Origin: a virus
Lineage: Duplodnaviria > Heunggongvirae > Uroviricota > Caudoviricetes
Length of the DNA stretch: 64,000 bases
IMG/VR virus record: IMGVR_UViG_3300027608_000011
Strand: one strand, 5' to 3'
The stretch's first letter is position 1. Each line of letters opens with the position of its first letter. The translations under genes were made by a program, and so were the position numbers. Positions 47,793-56,295 of this stretch are shown piece after piece. The notes beneath the pieces are model-generated. The model was not told the origin of the DNA, searched no databases, and was given only the letters and a program-made list of their open reading frames with translations.

Positions 47793-49913
47793 ATGGCAAC
47801 CACCCCTAAAAATATACCCTTACCCGACGGGTCCGAACGCCCACAATGGGCCACGGAAGAAACGTTACTTAAACTGCTAGACAAATTTGGCGGCAGTTCT
47901 GCAGGTGTAGGTGCGGCTGGCGGTACATCTAAATCTGGCACAGGCAGTAGTGGATCATCTGGCGCCGGCGGAAGCCCAATGGAATCTCTGGCAGAGATGG
48001 GTGAAACTGCACAATCAGTAAAGAAAAACTTTGGGGACATGGGTGACGCTACCAAGCGTCAAAGTTCAGCTACACTTGCAATGACGCATGGCGCTATGAA
48101 CGCTGGCAAAAAACTATTTGCTATGGCAGAAGGGTCAGCTAGTGTAGATGGTGCAATGAAAACATTGGGCAGTGGCATGTCTAGTCTGGGAGCATTAATT
48201 GGCGGCCCATGGGGAATGGCAATACAGCTGGCGGCAGTAGGTGTTACAGCTATGGCCGCAAAGGTAGGAGAATATCTTGATTCCATGGACAAAATGGTCG
48301 AGGCTGGACTTGGGTATAGTGACAAATTAGGAGAAAGTGCCGCCATTGCCGCAAGTGCTGGACTGTCACTGACTGGATTTTATAGTGCATTAGAAAAAAC
48401 AGGACAAGCATACAGGTCACTGGGTGCAAATGGATTAGAAGCCGCAGACAACTTTGGTAAACTACAAACAGAAGTAAGGGACACATACGGTACTTTTGGT
48501 ATGACACGCCAACAGTTAGCTGAAGGTAGTGCCGACTTTATTAATGTATTTGCGGCCCAGGGCCTTAAGGGATCTGACGCAGTAGCAGGTGCGGCCAAGG
48601 CATATGGTGGCACATTGGAAACATTACGTGAAGTCAGCGTGGCCACTGGTGCTAGTATGGCAGGCATGAAGAAAAGCATGGGCGACTTATTAAAGAGTCC
48701 AATTATAACAGCAGGATTAAGAGCATTTGGTAGAAGCACCGAAGATGCAATACAATCACTAGCCCGCGGTGCGGCTGGCATGGAAGCAGTGTTTGGTAAA
48801 CTCGGTGCTGAATTATTTAAACAAACTGCTGAAGCAGAAGCCGCTGGCCTTAGTATTATTAATACAAAATTAGGGCAGTCGTTTGCGCCGTTCGGTGACG
48901 TAGCTATATTAGATAACTTCCAAAAGAAATTAAAAGACAACACAGTTAGTGCAGGTGAATTTGGTAAGAGTGCAGAAGCAATGGTCAACAGCATGGGCCC
49001 TAACATACCTACACTACGATTACTGGCCCAACAGGGCGATGCTCAAGCCGCACAACTAATTGAAATGTATCAAAATGCTAAAAAGTATACAGAAATGAGT
49101 ACTGAAGAATTAGAAGCAATAAAGAAAAAAGGCCGTGCAGAAGAAAACTTGAAAAAGATAACAGAAAAAATGGGTGCAATGATGGACAAGTTGTCCGCTA
49201 AACTGTTTGGACTAATAGATACAATACCTATATCAATGTTTGATGATTTGGCTAGTATATTGGAAGTTACTACAGATATATTAGGTGGACTGTTTACGGT
49301 TGTTGGTTGGGTATTAAAGCCAATGTTTGTAGTACTGGCGACTGCGATAGGGGTTGTAGTTAATGTATTCAAAGTAATATTTGAGATAGGATCAGAATTA
49401 GGAGACATGTTTGGTGCTCTGGCAGATGCTATTTTTGATTTAGATTTTGGACGAGTGTTAGACGTTCTTGTAATAGGTGTTAAAAATGTATTTGGTATTG
49501 TAGTGGATGGCCTAGTTGCAATATTAAAACCGGCAGTTGATTTTTTATCTAACATATTTTCGCCAATTGTTTCGGCATTTAGTTATGTAAAAGACGCAAT
49601 TGGAAAATTTACTAGTGCATTAACTGACAATTGGTTAGTTAGAAAACTACTAGGTGGTGGCGACAAATCAACACCTGCAACCACTGCGGGAATGTCAGCA
49701 CCAGTGTCAAATAATAGCGCGGCGGTAGTTTCGGCGAATAGAAATGTCCAAACGATGCAATATGGTAATCAAGAAGACAATAATAAACAACAAATGCAGA
49801 TACAACAAGACATGAAAGACCAATTGACAGCAAGTGTCAGAGTCCAAAAACAAACAGCCGATAATACCGAACGAACTGGTAAAGCAGTTGAAGCGACCGG
49901 CGCCTACGCTTAA
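47793..49913 (+). CDS. Tape-measure-like protein
   Basis: Ala/Gly-rich helical protein with an amphipathic/hydrophobic C-terminal half; adjacent to the chaperone. Confidence 0.65.
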   Translation: MATTPKNIPLPDGSERPQWATEETLLKLLDKFGGSSAGVGAAGGTSKSGTGSSGSSGAGGSPMESLAEMGETAQSVKKNFGDMGDATKRQSSATLAMTHGAMNAGKKLFAMAEGSASVDGAMKTLGSGMSSLGALIGGPWGMAIQLAAVGVTAMAAKVGEYLDSMDKMVEAGLGYSDKLGESAAIAASAGLSLTGFYSALEKTGQAYRSLGANGLEAADNFGKLQTEVRDTYGTFGMTRQQLAEGSADFINVFAAQGLKGSDAVAGAAKAYGGTLETLREVSVATGASMAGMKKSMGDLLKSPIITAGLRAFGRSTEDAIQSLARGAAGMEAVFGKLGAELFKQTAEAEAAGLSIINTKLGQSFAPFGDVAILDNFQKKLKDNTVSAGEFGKSAEAMVNSMGPNIPTLRLLAQQGDAQAAQLIEMYQNAKKYTEMSTEELEAIKKKGRAEENLKKITEKMGAMMDKLSAKLFGLIDTIPISMFDDLASILEVTTDILGGLFTVVGWVLKPMFVVLATAIGVVVNVFKVIFEIGSELGDMFGALADAIFDLDFGRVLDVLVIGVKNVFGIVVDGLVAILKPAVDFLSNIFSPIVSAFSYVKDAIGKFTSALTDNWLVRKLLGGGDKSTPATTAGMSAPVSNNSAAVVSANRNVQTMQYGNQEDNNKQQMQIQQDMKDQLTASVRVQKQTADNTERTGKAVEATGAYA

Positions 49914-49943
49914 ACTAAATATTAAACTATGAAGAATACATAA

Positions 49944-51626
49944 ATGTCTTGGAAAAAATACTTTAACGTTCAAGGGTCTGCATTTAATCCCGGGAACCAA
50001 CCCCCAACAAGTAATACTAGAGGTGTCACAACCAGCAAATTTTCTAGTTACTTAAATGAAGTGTATACTGGAACACCAAATCGTGTTGACCGTTATATTC
50101 AATATGATCAAATGGACATGGACAGCGAAATTAATGCCGCCCTAGACACCATTGCAGAATTCAGTACACAGTTTGATGCAAAAACAAATGTACCATTTGA
50201 TGTACATTTCAATGATACCCCAACTGACAGTGAAGTTAAAGTTGTTAAGAAAGCACTACAACAGTGGTGTAGAATTAATGAATGGGATAAACGTTTATTC
50301 CGTGCAGTACGTAGCGTATTAAAATACGGCGACAATTTCTTTATTCGTGATCCAGAAACATTTGAATGGATATGGTTAGATCCTACTGCACTTACTAAGA
50401 TTATTATTAATCAAAGTAAAGGAAAAATGCCAGAGCAATATGTTGTTAGAAACTTGTCTCTGGACATAATGAATAAAACAGCCACGGACATTATCAAACA
50501 CGATACACAGTTCCAGTCTGCAGGCGCAATGGGCAAATTAGGTACAGCCGGCAGTGGAGCCCAGCAGTACGGTATTAAAAATCAAGGTGAAACAGAAGAA
50601 TTTGGTATTGATGCAGACCACGTAGTACATTTGTCAATGACTGAAGGAATGGATAATAATTGGCCGTTTGGTACAAGCATATTAGATCCTGTGTTTAAAA
50701 TTTATAAACAAAAAGAATTGTTAGAAGATGCTATTATTATCTATCGTGTGCAACGTGCTCCAGAACGTCGTGTATTCTATATAGATACAGGTAATATGCC
50801 AGCACACATGGCCATGGCGTTTGTTGAACGTGTTAAAAATGAAATTCATCAACGTAGAATCCCAAGCCGTAACGGCGGCGGACAAACAGTTATGGATGCG
50901 GGATATAACCCGTTAAGTATGATGGAAGACTACTTTTTTGCTACTACTGCTGATGGTAGAGGTAGTAAAGTAGAAACATTACCAGGCGGTGAAAACTTGG
51001 GTCAAATCGATGACTTGAAGTTCTTTACTAATAAAATGATGCGAGCGTTGCGTATACCTAGTAGCTATTTGCCTACTGGACCCGATGACGGAACTTCAGC
51101 ATATCAAGATGGCAAAGTAGGTACTGCATTTATTCAAGAGTTCCGTTTTAACAAGTATTGCCAACGTATACAAGGACTAATTGCGCCACGTTTCGATGAA
51201 GAATTTAAGTTATTTTTAAAATTTAAAGGCATTGAAATTGATGCAAGTACATTTGATTTACGATTCCTACCGCCACAAAACTTTGCGGCTTATAGGGAAA
51301 CAGAGCTAAATGCAAGCAGAGCCAGTGTGTTTACACAGTTAGCAGAAATTCCATTCTTAAGCAGAAGATTTGTGTTAAGCAAGTATCTAGGCTTAGAAGA
51401 AGACGAAATTGTAGAAAACGAAGAAATGTGGTTAGAAGAAAATCCAGACAAGCACGATGATGCTGGTATGGGTACTGACGACATGATGAACGCAGGTAGT
51501 GCCGGCGGTATTGGCACTAATGAACTAGGAGCAGTTGGAGTACAACCTCCCGCTGAAGGCGGAGAAGAACTACCACCCGAAGGCGGAGAAGAAGGCGGCC
51601 CACCGCCCGAAGGAGCACCACAATGA
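49944..51626 (+). CDS. gp20: Portal protein, T4 gp20-like
   Basis: LLEDAIIIYRVQRAPERRVFYIDTGNMP; EDYFF; TLPGGENLG. Confidence 0.95.
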   Translation: MSWKKYFNVQGSAFNPGNQPPTSNTRGVTTSKFSSYLNEVYTGTPNRVDRYIQYDQMDMDSEINAALDTIAEFSTQFDAKTNVPFDVHFNDTPTDSEVKVVKKALQQWCRINEWDKRLFRAVRSVLKYGDNFFIRDPETFEWIWLDPTALTKIIINQSKGKMPEQYVVRNLSLDIMNKTATDIIKHDTQFQSAGAMGKLGTAGSGAQQYGIKNQGETEEFGIDADHVVHLSMTEGMDNNWPFGTSILDPVFKIYKQKELLEDAIIIYRVQRAPERRVFYIDTGNMPAHMAMAFVERVKNEIHQRRIPSRNGGGQTVMDAGYNPLSMMEDYFFATTADGRGSKVETLPGGENLGQIDDLKFFTNKMMRALRIPSSYLPTGPDDGTSAYQDGKVGTAFIQEFRFNKYCQRIQGLIAPRFDEEFKLFLKFKGIEIDASTFDLRFLPPQNFAAYRETELNASRASVFTQLAEIPFLSRRFVLSKYLGLEEDEIVENEEMWLEENPDKHDDAGMGTDDMMNAGSAGGIGTNELGAVGVQPPAEGGEELPPEGGEEGGPPPEGAPQ

Positions 51627-51847
51627 AATTTTTAGAACTACGAGAAAGTATCGAAGAAGACGCAAAGTCTAATAATGATATCTTCAAAGGACAACTTGAT
51701 CAATTACGTAAAACGGATACACGCCGCGGCCGTTTAACGCTTATGCACTTAAATAAGTTACGTAAAATGAAAGAAGTACGTAAAGCAGAAGTTAATAAAA
51801 AAGCCCAAAAACTGGGTATAATTTACGCAAGAGCTTCGGCCCAATAA
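51623..51847 (+). CDS. Small basic head-module protein
   Basis: ATGA overlap with the portal gene; DTRR.RLTL.HLNKLRK. Confidence 0.7.
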   Translation: MKFLELRESIEEDAKSNNDIFKGQLDQLRKTDTRRGRLTLMHLNKLRKMKEVRKAEVNKKAQKLGIIYARASAQ

Positions 51848-51978
51848 GCTCAAAGGCATACTTATGCCGCGGCCTAAAATCTAAAAAACACGTTTTTTAG
51901 GCCTTTTCTAAGGGTATTTTACCCACCTCCTTTAAATAATAATACGATAACATAATCTTTGTACAAGGAGATATACGA

Positions 51979-52800
51979 ATGTCAAAAAAGATACTAGAAC
52001 AAGTGCTAGAGCACATCCTGAATAAGGAAGAAGATAAAGCTCAAGATTTACTACACTCATTTTTCGTTGAAAAAGGACGTAGCATTTATGAAGGCTTAAT
52101 CGAGGATGACCAAGTCGACGAAGACGAAGTCTTAGAAACAGAAGAAATCAACGGTAACACTGAAGATGACTTTGAGAATGATATCAATGCCGCAAAGGAA
52201 GATATTGCTAGCGAAGAAATGTTCAGCGAAGAAGGTGATGATGAAGAGTTTGGCGACGAACTAGGCGACGAAGACGATATGGACATGGACGACATGGACG
52301 ACGAAGAAGGTGGTGAAACCATCAACCAAGTTGACGATGCTGTAATGGACGTTGAAGATGCACTAGACGAACTAAAATCTTTATTTGCACAACTTAAAGA
52401 TGAAAACGGTGCAGGCGATGACATGGGCAACGACTTAGGCGACGACATGGATATGGGTCCTGAAGAAGAAACAGAAGAAAGTTTCCAATTTGAAGACGCT
52501 GATGAATTAGACGAATCTGCTGATTTAATCGCAGTTGCTAAACCAGCTGGCGGCGATAATGGAAACAATACAAGAAGCCCAGTACCTGCTAATAGCGGTG
52601 CTAAGGGAATGTCCGCAAAGCCAGTTAGACTAGGTAGCAGTGAATCCAGCAATGGTGGAACTGGTGCTAACGCTAAAGACATGAGTGTAAATCCAGGCAA
52701 TGCTCCAGGGCAAAAGAAAGCTCCTAGTTTAAGCGCAGTTGCTAAACCAGCTAAAGCTGAAGCCGCAGGAAACACAAGATCTCCTGTAGCAGGACGTTAA
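51979..52800 (+). CDS. Acidic prohead core protein
   Basis: AAGGAG RBS; D/E-rich; located between portal and protease genes. Confidence 0.7.
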   Translation: MSKKILEQVLEHILNKEEDKAQDLLHSFFVEKGRSIYEGLIEDDQVDEDEVLETEEINGNTEDDFENDINAAKEDIASEEMFSEEGDDEEFGDELGDEDDMDMDDMDDEEGGETINQVDDAVMDVEDALDELKSLFAQLKDENGAGDDMGNDLGDDMDMGPEEETEESFQFEDADELDESADLIAVAKPAGGDNGNNTRSPVPANSGAKGMSAKPVRLGSSESSNGGTGANAKDMSVNPGNAPGQKKAPSLSAVAKPAKAEAAGNTRSPVAGR

Positions 52801-52801
52801 T

Positions 52802-53443
52802 ATGATTAAGTATATACCACTTAGAGAAGCATTAACTTTTGATCAAGCCCAGCTTGTTGTCGAATCTCGCGATCACGCAGATGGCAAAAGCAAAGACTTG
52901 TACATGAGTGGTATTTTTATACAAGGCGGCGTTAAAAATCAAAACCAACGAGTTTACCCTGTAAATGAAATTGGACTAGCTGTTAAAAGTATAAAAGAAC
53001 GTATTAACTCAGGTTATAGTGTATTAGGAGAAGCAGATCATCCAGATGATTTGCAAGTTAATTTGGATCGAGTAAGTCATATGATTACTGACATCTACAT
53101 GGATGGCGGTAATGGATTAGGCAAGCTAAAGATCCTACCAACTCCAATGGGTAACATTGTTAAAACATTGTTAGAAAGCGGAGTTAAATTGGGTGTAAGT
53201 TCTAGGGGATCTGGCAATGTTAATGAAAGCGGTGAAGTTAAAGACTTCGAAATCGTTACAGTAGACATTGTTGCAAACCCTAGTGCTCCAGAGGCATATC
53301 CGAAGGCAATCTACGAACGTGTTATGATGAGCAATCGTCAGCGACAATTAATGGACGTAGCAGGTGCCGTAAAACATGACTCTAAAGCACAGAGGTACCT
53401 CCAGGAAGAGGTTCTGAAGTTTATCCAAAACCTTAAAGTCTAA
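52802..53443 (+). CDS. gp21: Prohead protease, T4 gp21-like
   Basis: NQNQRVYP, GEADHP, GVSSRGSG, DIVANPSAP. Confidence 0.95.
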   Translation: MIKYIPLREALTFDQAQLVVESRDHADGKSKDLYMSGIFIQGGVKNQNQRVYPVNEIGLAVKSIKERINSGYSVLGEADHPDDLQVNLDRVSHMITDIYMDGGNGLGKLKILPTPMGNIVKTLLESGVKLGVSSRGSGNVNESGEVKDFEIVTVDIVANPSAPEAYPKAIYERVMMSNRQRQLMDVAGAVKHDSKAQRYLQEEVLKFIQNLKV

Positions 53444-53455
53444 GGAGAAGGTATA

Positions 53456-54559
53456 ATGACAGTTTTTTCGGAACTACTTGGTTCAGAAGTACTCTCAGAA
53501 GATGTTAAATCTAAATTAGAGGAAGCGTTTGCAAAACAAATCGCTGAAGCTAAGACAGAATTAACCGCCAACCTTCGCGAAGAATTCGCTCAACGCTATG
53601 AGCACGATAAAGGTATGATTGTTGAATCAATGAACACAATGATTGAAGAAGCAATTACACATGAAATCGAAGAATTCAAGCAAGATAAAGACGCTTTAGT
53701 ACAAGCCCGTGTGGCCTACAAAAAGAAAGTCTCAGAACATAGTGAACTATTAAACAAGTTTATTATGGAAGCTCTTGCACGTGAATTAGGTGAATTGAGA
53801 AAAGATCGCAAAGCACATGAAACTAACTTTTCTAAGTTAGAAGAATTTGTATTACAACGATTAACTGGTGAACTGAATGAATTAAAAGAAGATGAGCAGG
53901 CCTTGCGCTCCGCTCGTGTTCGCATGGTTCAAGAAGGTAAGAAGATAATTGCAGATGCAAAAGTGAAATTTGTTAAAGAAGCCGCTAACAAAGTTGAAGG
54001 TATTATTAGTAATGCTATGAAGACAGAGTTAACTCAGCTTAAAGAAGACATCAAGGTTGCTCGTGAAAATGCGTTTGGTCGTAAGATCATGGAAACATTC
54101 GCCGCAGAATTCATGGCAAGCCACTTTGCAGATGGAACAGAAGTTAAAAAGATGGGCAAACAACTTGCCGTACTTGAGTCCAAGTTACAAGTGACAACAC
54201 AACAACTTGAACAAAAAGACAAAATGATTGCAGAGGCAGTACGTAAGCAAAGTATCGCAGAAGATACTACTAAACGTGCCCGTATTATGCAGGAGCTGGT
54301 AGCTCCATTGTCTAAAGAGAAACGCGAGATTATGGAAGATTTACTGCAAACAGTAAAGACAACTAATCTTAAGGAATCTTTTGAAAAATATCTACCAGCA
54401 GTTCTTAACGAATCTGCCCCACGCGGCAACGCAAAGGCAACGCTAGTTGAGAGCGCCAAAGCACAGAGTACTGTGTTTACTGGTAACAAGTCTGTAAGCG
54501 CAGAACAATCTACAGGTAAAGCTGAGATAGTTGCACTACGCAAACTTGCAGGAATCTAA
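53456..54559 (+). CDS. gp22: Prohead scaffold, T4 gp22-like
   Basis: Coiled-coil protein between the protease and capsid genes. Confidence 0.8.
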   Translation: MTVFSELLGSEVLSEDVKSKLEEAFAKQIAEAKTELTANLREEFAQRYEHDKGMIVESMNTMIEEAITHEIEEFKQDKDALVQARVAYKKKVSEHSELLNKFIMEALARELGELRKDRKAHETNFSKLEEFVLQRLTGELNELKEDEQALRSARVRMVQEGKKIIADAKVKFVKEAANKVEGIISNAMKTELTQLKEDIKVARENAFGRKIMETFAAEFMASHFADGTEVKKMGKQLAVLESKLQVTTQQLEQKDKMIAEAVRKQSIAEDTTKRARIMQELVAPLSKEKREIMEDLLQTVKTTNLKESFEKYLPAVLNESAPRGNAKATLVESAKAQSTVFTGNKSVSAEQSTGKAEIVALRKLAGI

Positions 54560-54575
54560 AGTAAGGAGACATTAA

Positions 54576-55742
54576 ATGTCAAGTCAACTTTTCGAGTCAC
54601 AAAACTGGTCAGCTACTAAAGAAGCTCTGCTAGACGGACTCTCCGGCAATAAAAAAGCCGTTATGGAAACAACATTAGAAAATACACGTAAGTATTTGTC
54701 TGAAAGTGTTACAGCTGGTGCTACATCTTCTGGTAACGTCGCAGTATTAAACAAAGTAATTCTGCCAGTTATTCGTCGTGTTATGCCTACTGTTATCGCT
54801 AACGAAATCGTTGGTGTTCAGCCAATGACAGGCCCAGTTGGTCAAATCCACACATTGCGTGTTCGTTACGCACAGTCTGCCACTGGCGTTACAGCTGGTG
54901 AAGAAGCACTAAGCCCGTTCAAGATTGCAGAAGCATATTCTGGTTCTTCAGCTGGTAAAGCAACTTCTACATCCGCACTAGAAGGCGAAGCTGGTAACAA
55001 GTTAAGCATTCAAGTATTGAAGCAAACTGTTGAAGCTAAGACACGTAAATTGTCTGCTCGTTGGACATTTGAAGCCGCTCAAGACGCACAAGCCATGCAT
55101 GGTTTGGACGTTGAAGCAGAAATCATGGCCGCTCTAGCACAAGAAATTACTGCTGAAATCGACCAAGAAGTTATCGGTTCTTTATTGAGCCTAGCTGGTT
55201 CTGCAGTTAGCACATTTGACATGACTGCTGGTGATTTCACTGGCACACCTACATACGTTGGTGACCGTCATGCAGTTTTAGCTATTCTTATCAATAACGC
55301 CGCTAACCTAATCGCCCAACGTACACGTCGTGGCGCAGGTAACTACGTTGTTGTAAGCCCAACAGCTTTAACAGTACTACAAAGTGCTACAACTTCAGCA
55401 TTCGCTCGTACTACAGAAGGTACATTCGAAGCTCCAACAAATACTAAATTCGTTGGTACACTAAACAGCTCTATGCGTGTATATGTAAACAGCTACGCTA
55501 ACGAAACTAGTCCAGTACTAGTTGGTTACAAAGGTCCTAATGAGATGGACGCGGCCGCTTTCTACTGCCCATACATTCCATTGATGAGCTCTGGCGTTGT
55601 TCTTGATCCAGCAACATTCGAACCAGTTGTGTCATTCATGACACGTTATGGTTATGTTGAGTTAACAAACACAGCATCCAGCTTAGGCAATGCCGCTGAC
55701 TATGTTGCTAAAATTGCTATGGCAAACATTAGCTTCAAATAA
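54576..55742 (+). CDS. gp23: Major capsid protein, T4 gp23-like
   Basis: VGVQPMTGP, KTRKLSARWTFEAAQD, FYCPYIPL, MTRYG. Confidence 0.97.
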   Translation: MSSQLFESQNWSATKEALLDGLSGNKKAVMETTLENTRKYLSESVTAGATSSGNVAVLNKVILPVIRRVMPTVIANEIVGVQPMTGPVGQIHTLRVRYAQSATGVTAGEEALSPFKIAEAYSGSSAGKATSTSALEGEAGNKLSIQVLKQTVEAKTRKLSARWTFEAAQDAQAMHGLDVEAEIMAALAQEITAEIDQEVIGSLLSLAGSAVSTFDMTAGDFTGTPTYVGDRHAVLAILINNAANLIAQRTRRGAGNYVVVSPTALTVLQSATTSAFARTTEGTFEAPTNTKFVGTLNSSMRVYVNSYANETSPVLVGYKGPNEMDAAAFYCPYIPLMSSGVVLDPATFEPVVSFMTRYGYVELTNTASSLGNAADYVAKIAMANISFK

Positions 55743-55769
55743 TCTTAGGATTAAAGTTAGTAAATTCAG

Positions 55770-55793
55770 AAAAGCCCCGCAAGGGGCTTTTTT
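55770..55793 (+). terminator. Rho-independent terminator after the capsid gene
   Basis: AAAAGCCCC-GCAA-GGGGCTTTTTT. Confidence 0.9.
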
Positions 55794-55835
55794 GTTAATA
55801 AAATTCCTATCATATTAAATAAAAATCAAATTTGG

Positions 55836-55843
55836 TATAAATA
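55836..55843 (+). promoter_or_regulatory. T4-type late promoter
   Basis: Perfect TATAAATA; the TAAATA core recurs upstream of late genes (+: 26944, 47751, 49914, 51931, 59213, 60599, 60653; -: 7056, 9210, 9874, 23138, 23444, 26865, 37168, 47775). Confidence 0.85.
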
Positions 55844-55870
55844 TATGAATATTAGTAACTGAGTAAACAA

Positions 55871-56281
55871 ATGGCCATCAACATTAATCACCAAAACAAC
55901 GAAGTAACAACATCAAACAGTGAGTTGGATTTCCAAGACACTATGATGAAAAATGTTAACGTTGAACGTGTAGCATCTGATCCTAACATTACAGTTAGTG
56001 GACGAGTTTGGTATAATACTACAGATAAACATGTGAAGATGTCTGCAATTAATGATAACGGACAATTAGTTATCAAGCAGATCCCAATTAAAGATGATGT
56101 TGATTCAGCATTAGCACAAGCAATAGCCTATGTAGATCAATTGAAACTACAAGACATTTCAAATGTCGATAGTTCAAATGGTTTGAATAGTGGCGATGTT
56201 TTAGTTTACTCTGCTATGGTAGATCAATGGTTAGTTACAAATTACCTAGCTCAACAAGTTGTTGATGCAGGCGAGTTTTAA
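55871..56281 (+). CDS. Small virion / fibre-associated protein
   Basis: Late promoter; GRVWYN; LQDISNVD..GDVLVY; terminal DAGEF. Confidence 0.65.
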   Translation: MAININHQNNEVTTSNSELDFQDTMMKNVNVERVASDPNITVSGRVWYNTTDKHVKMSAINDNGQLVIKQIPIKDDVDSALAQAIAYVDQLKLQDISNVDSSNGLNSGDVLVYSAMVDQWLVTNYLAQQVVDAGEF

Positions 56282-56295
56282 TGGAGAATTTATAA

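Noticed and set aside
52086-52775. Long antisense ORFs (also 48380-49006, 5213-5812, 13098-13649, 54034-54543, 57849-58301, 63180-63947)
   Set aside because: Shadows of codon-biased real genes on the opposite strand; low-complexity translations
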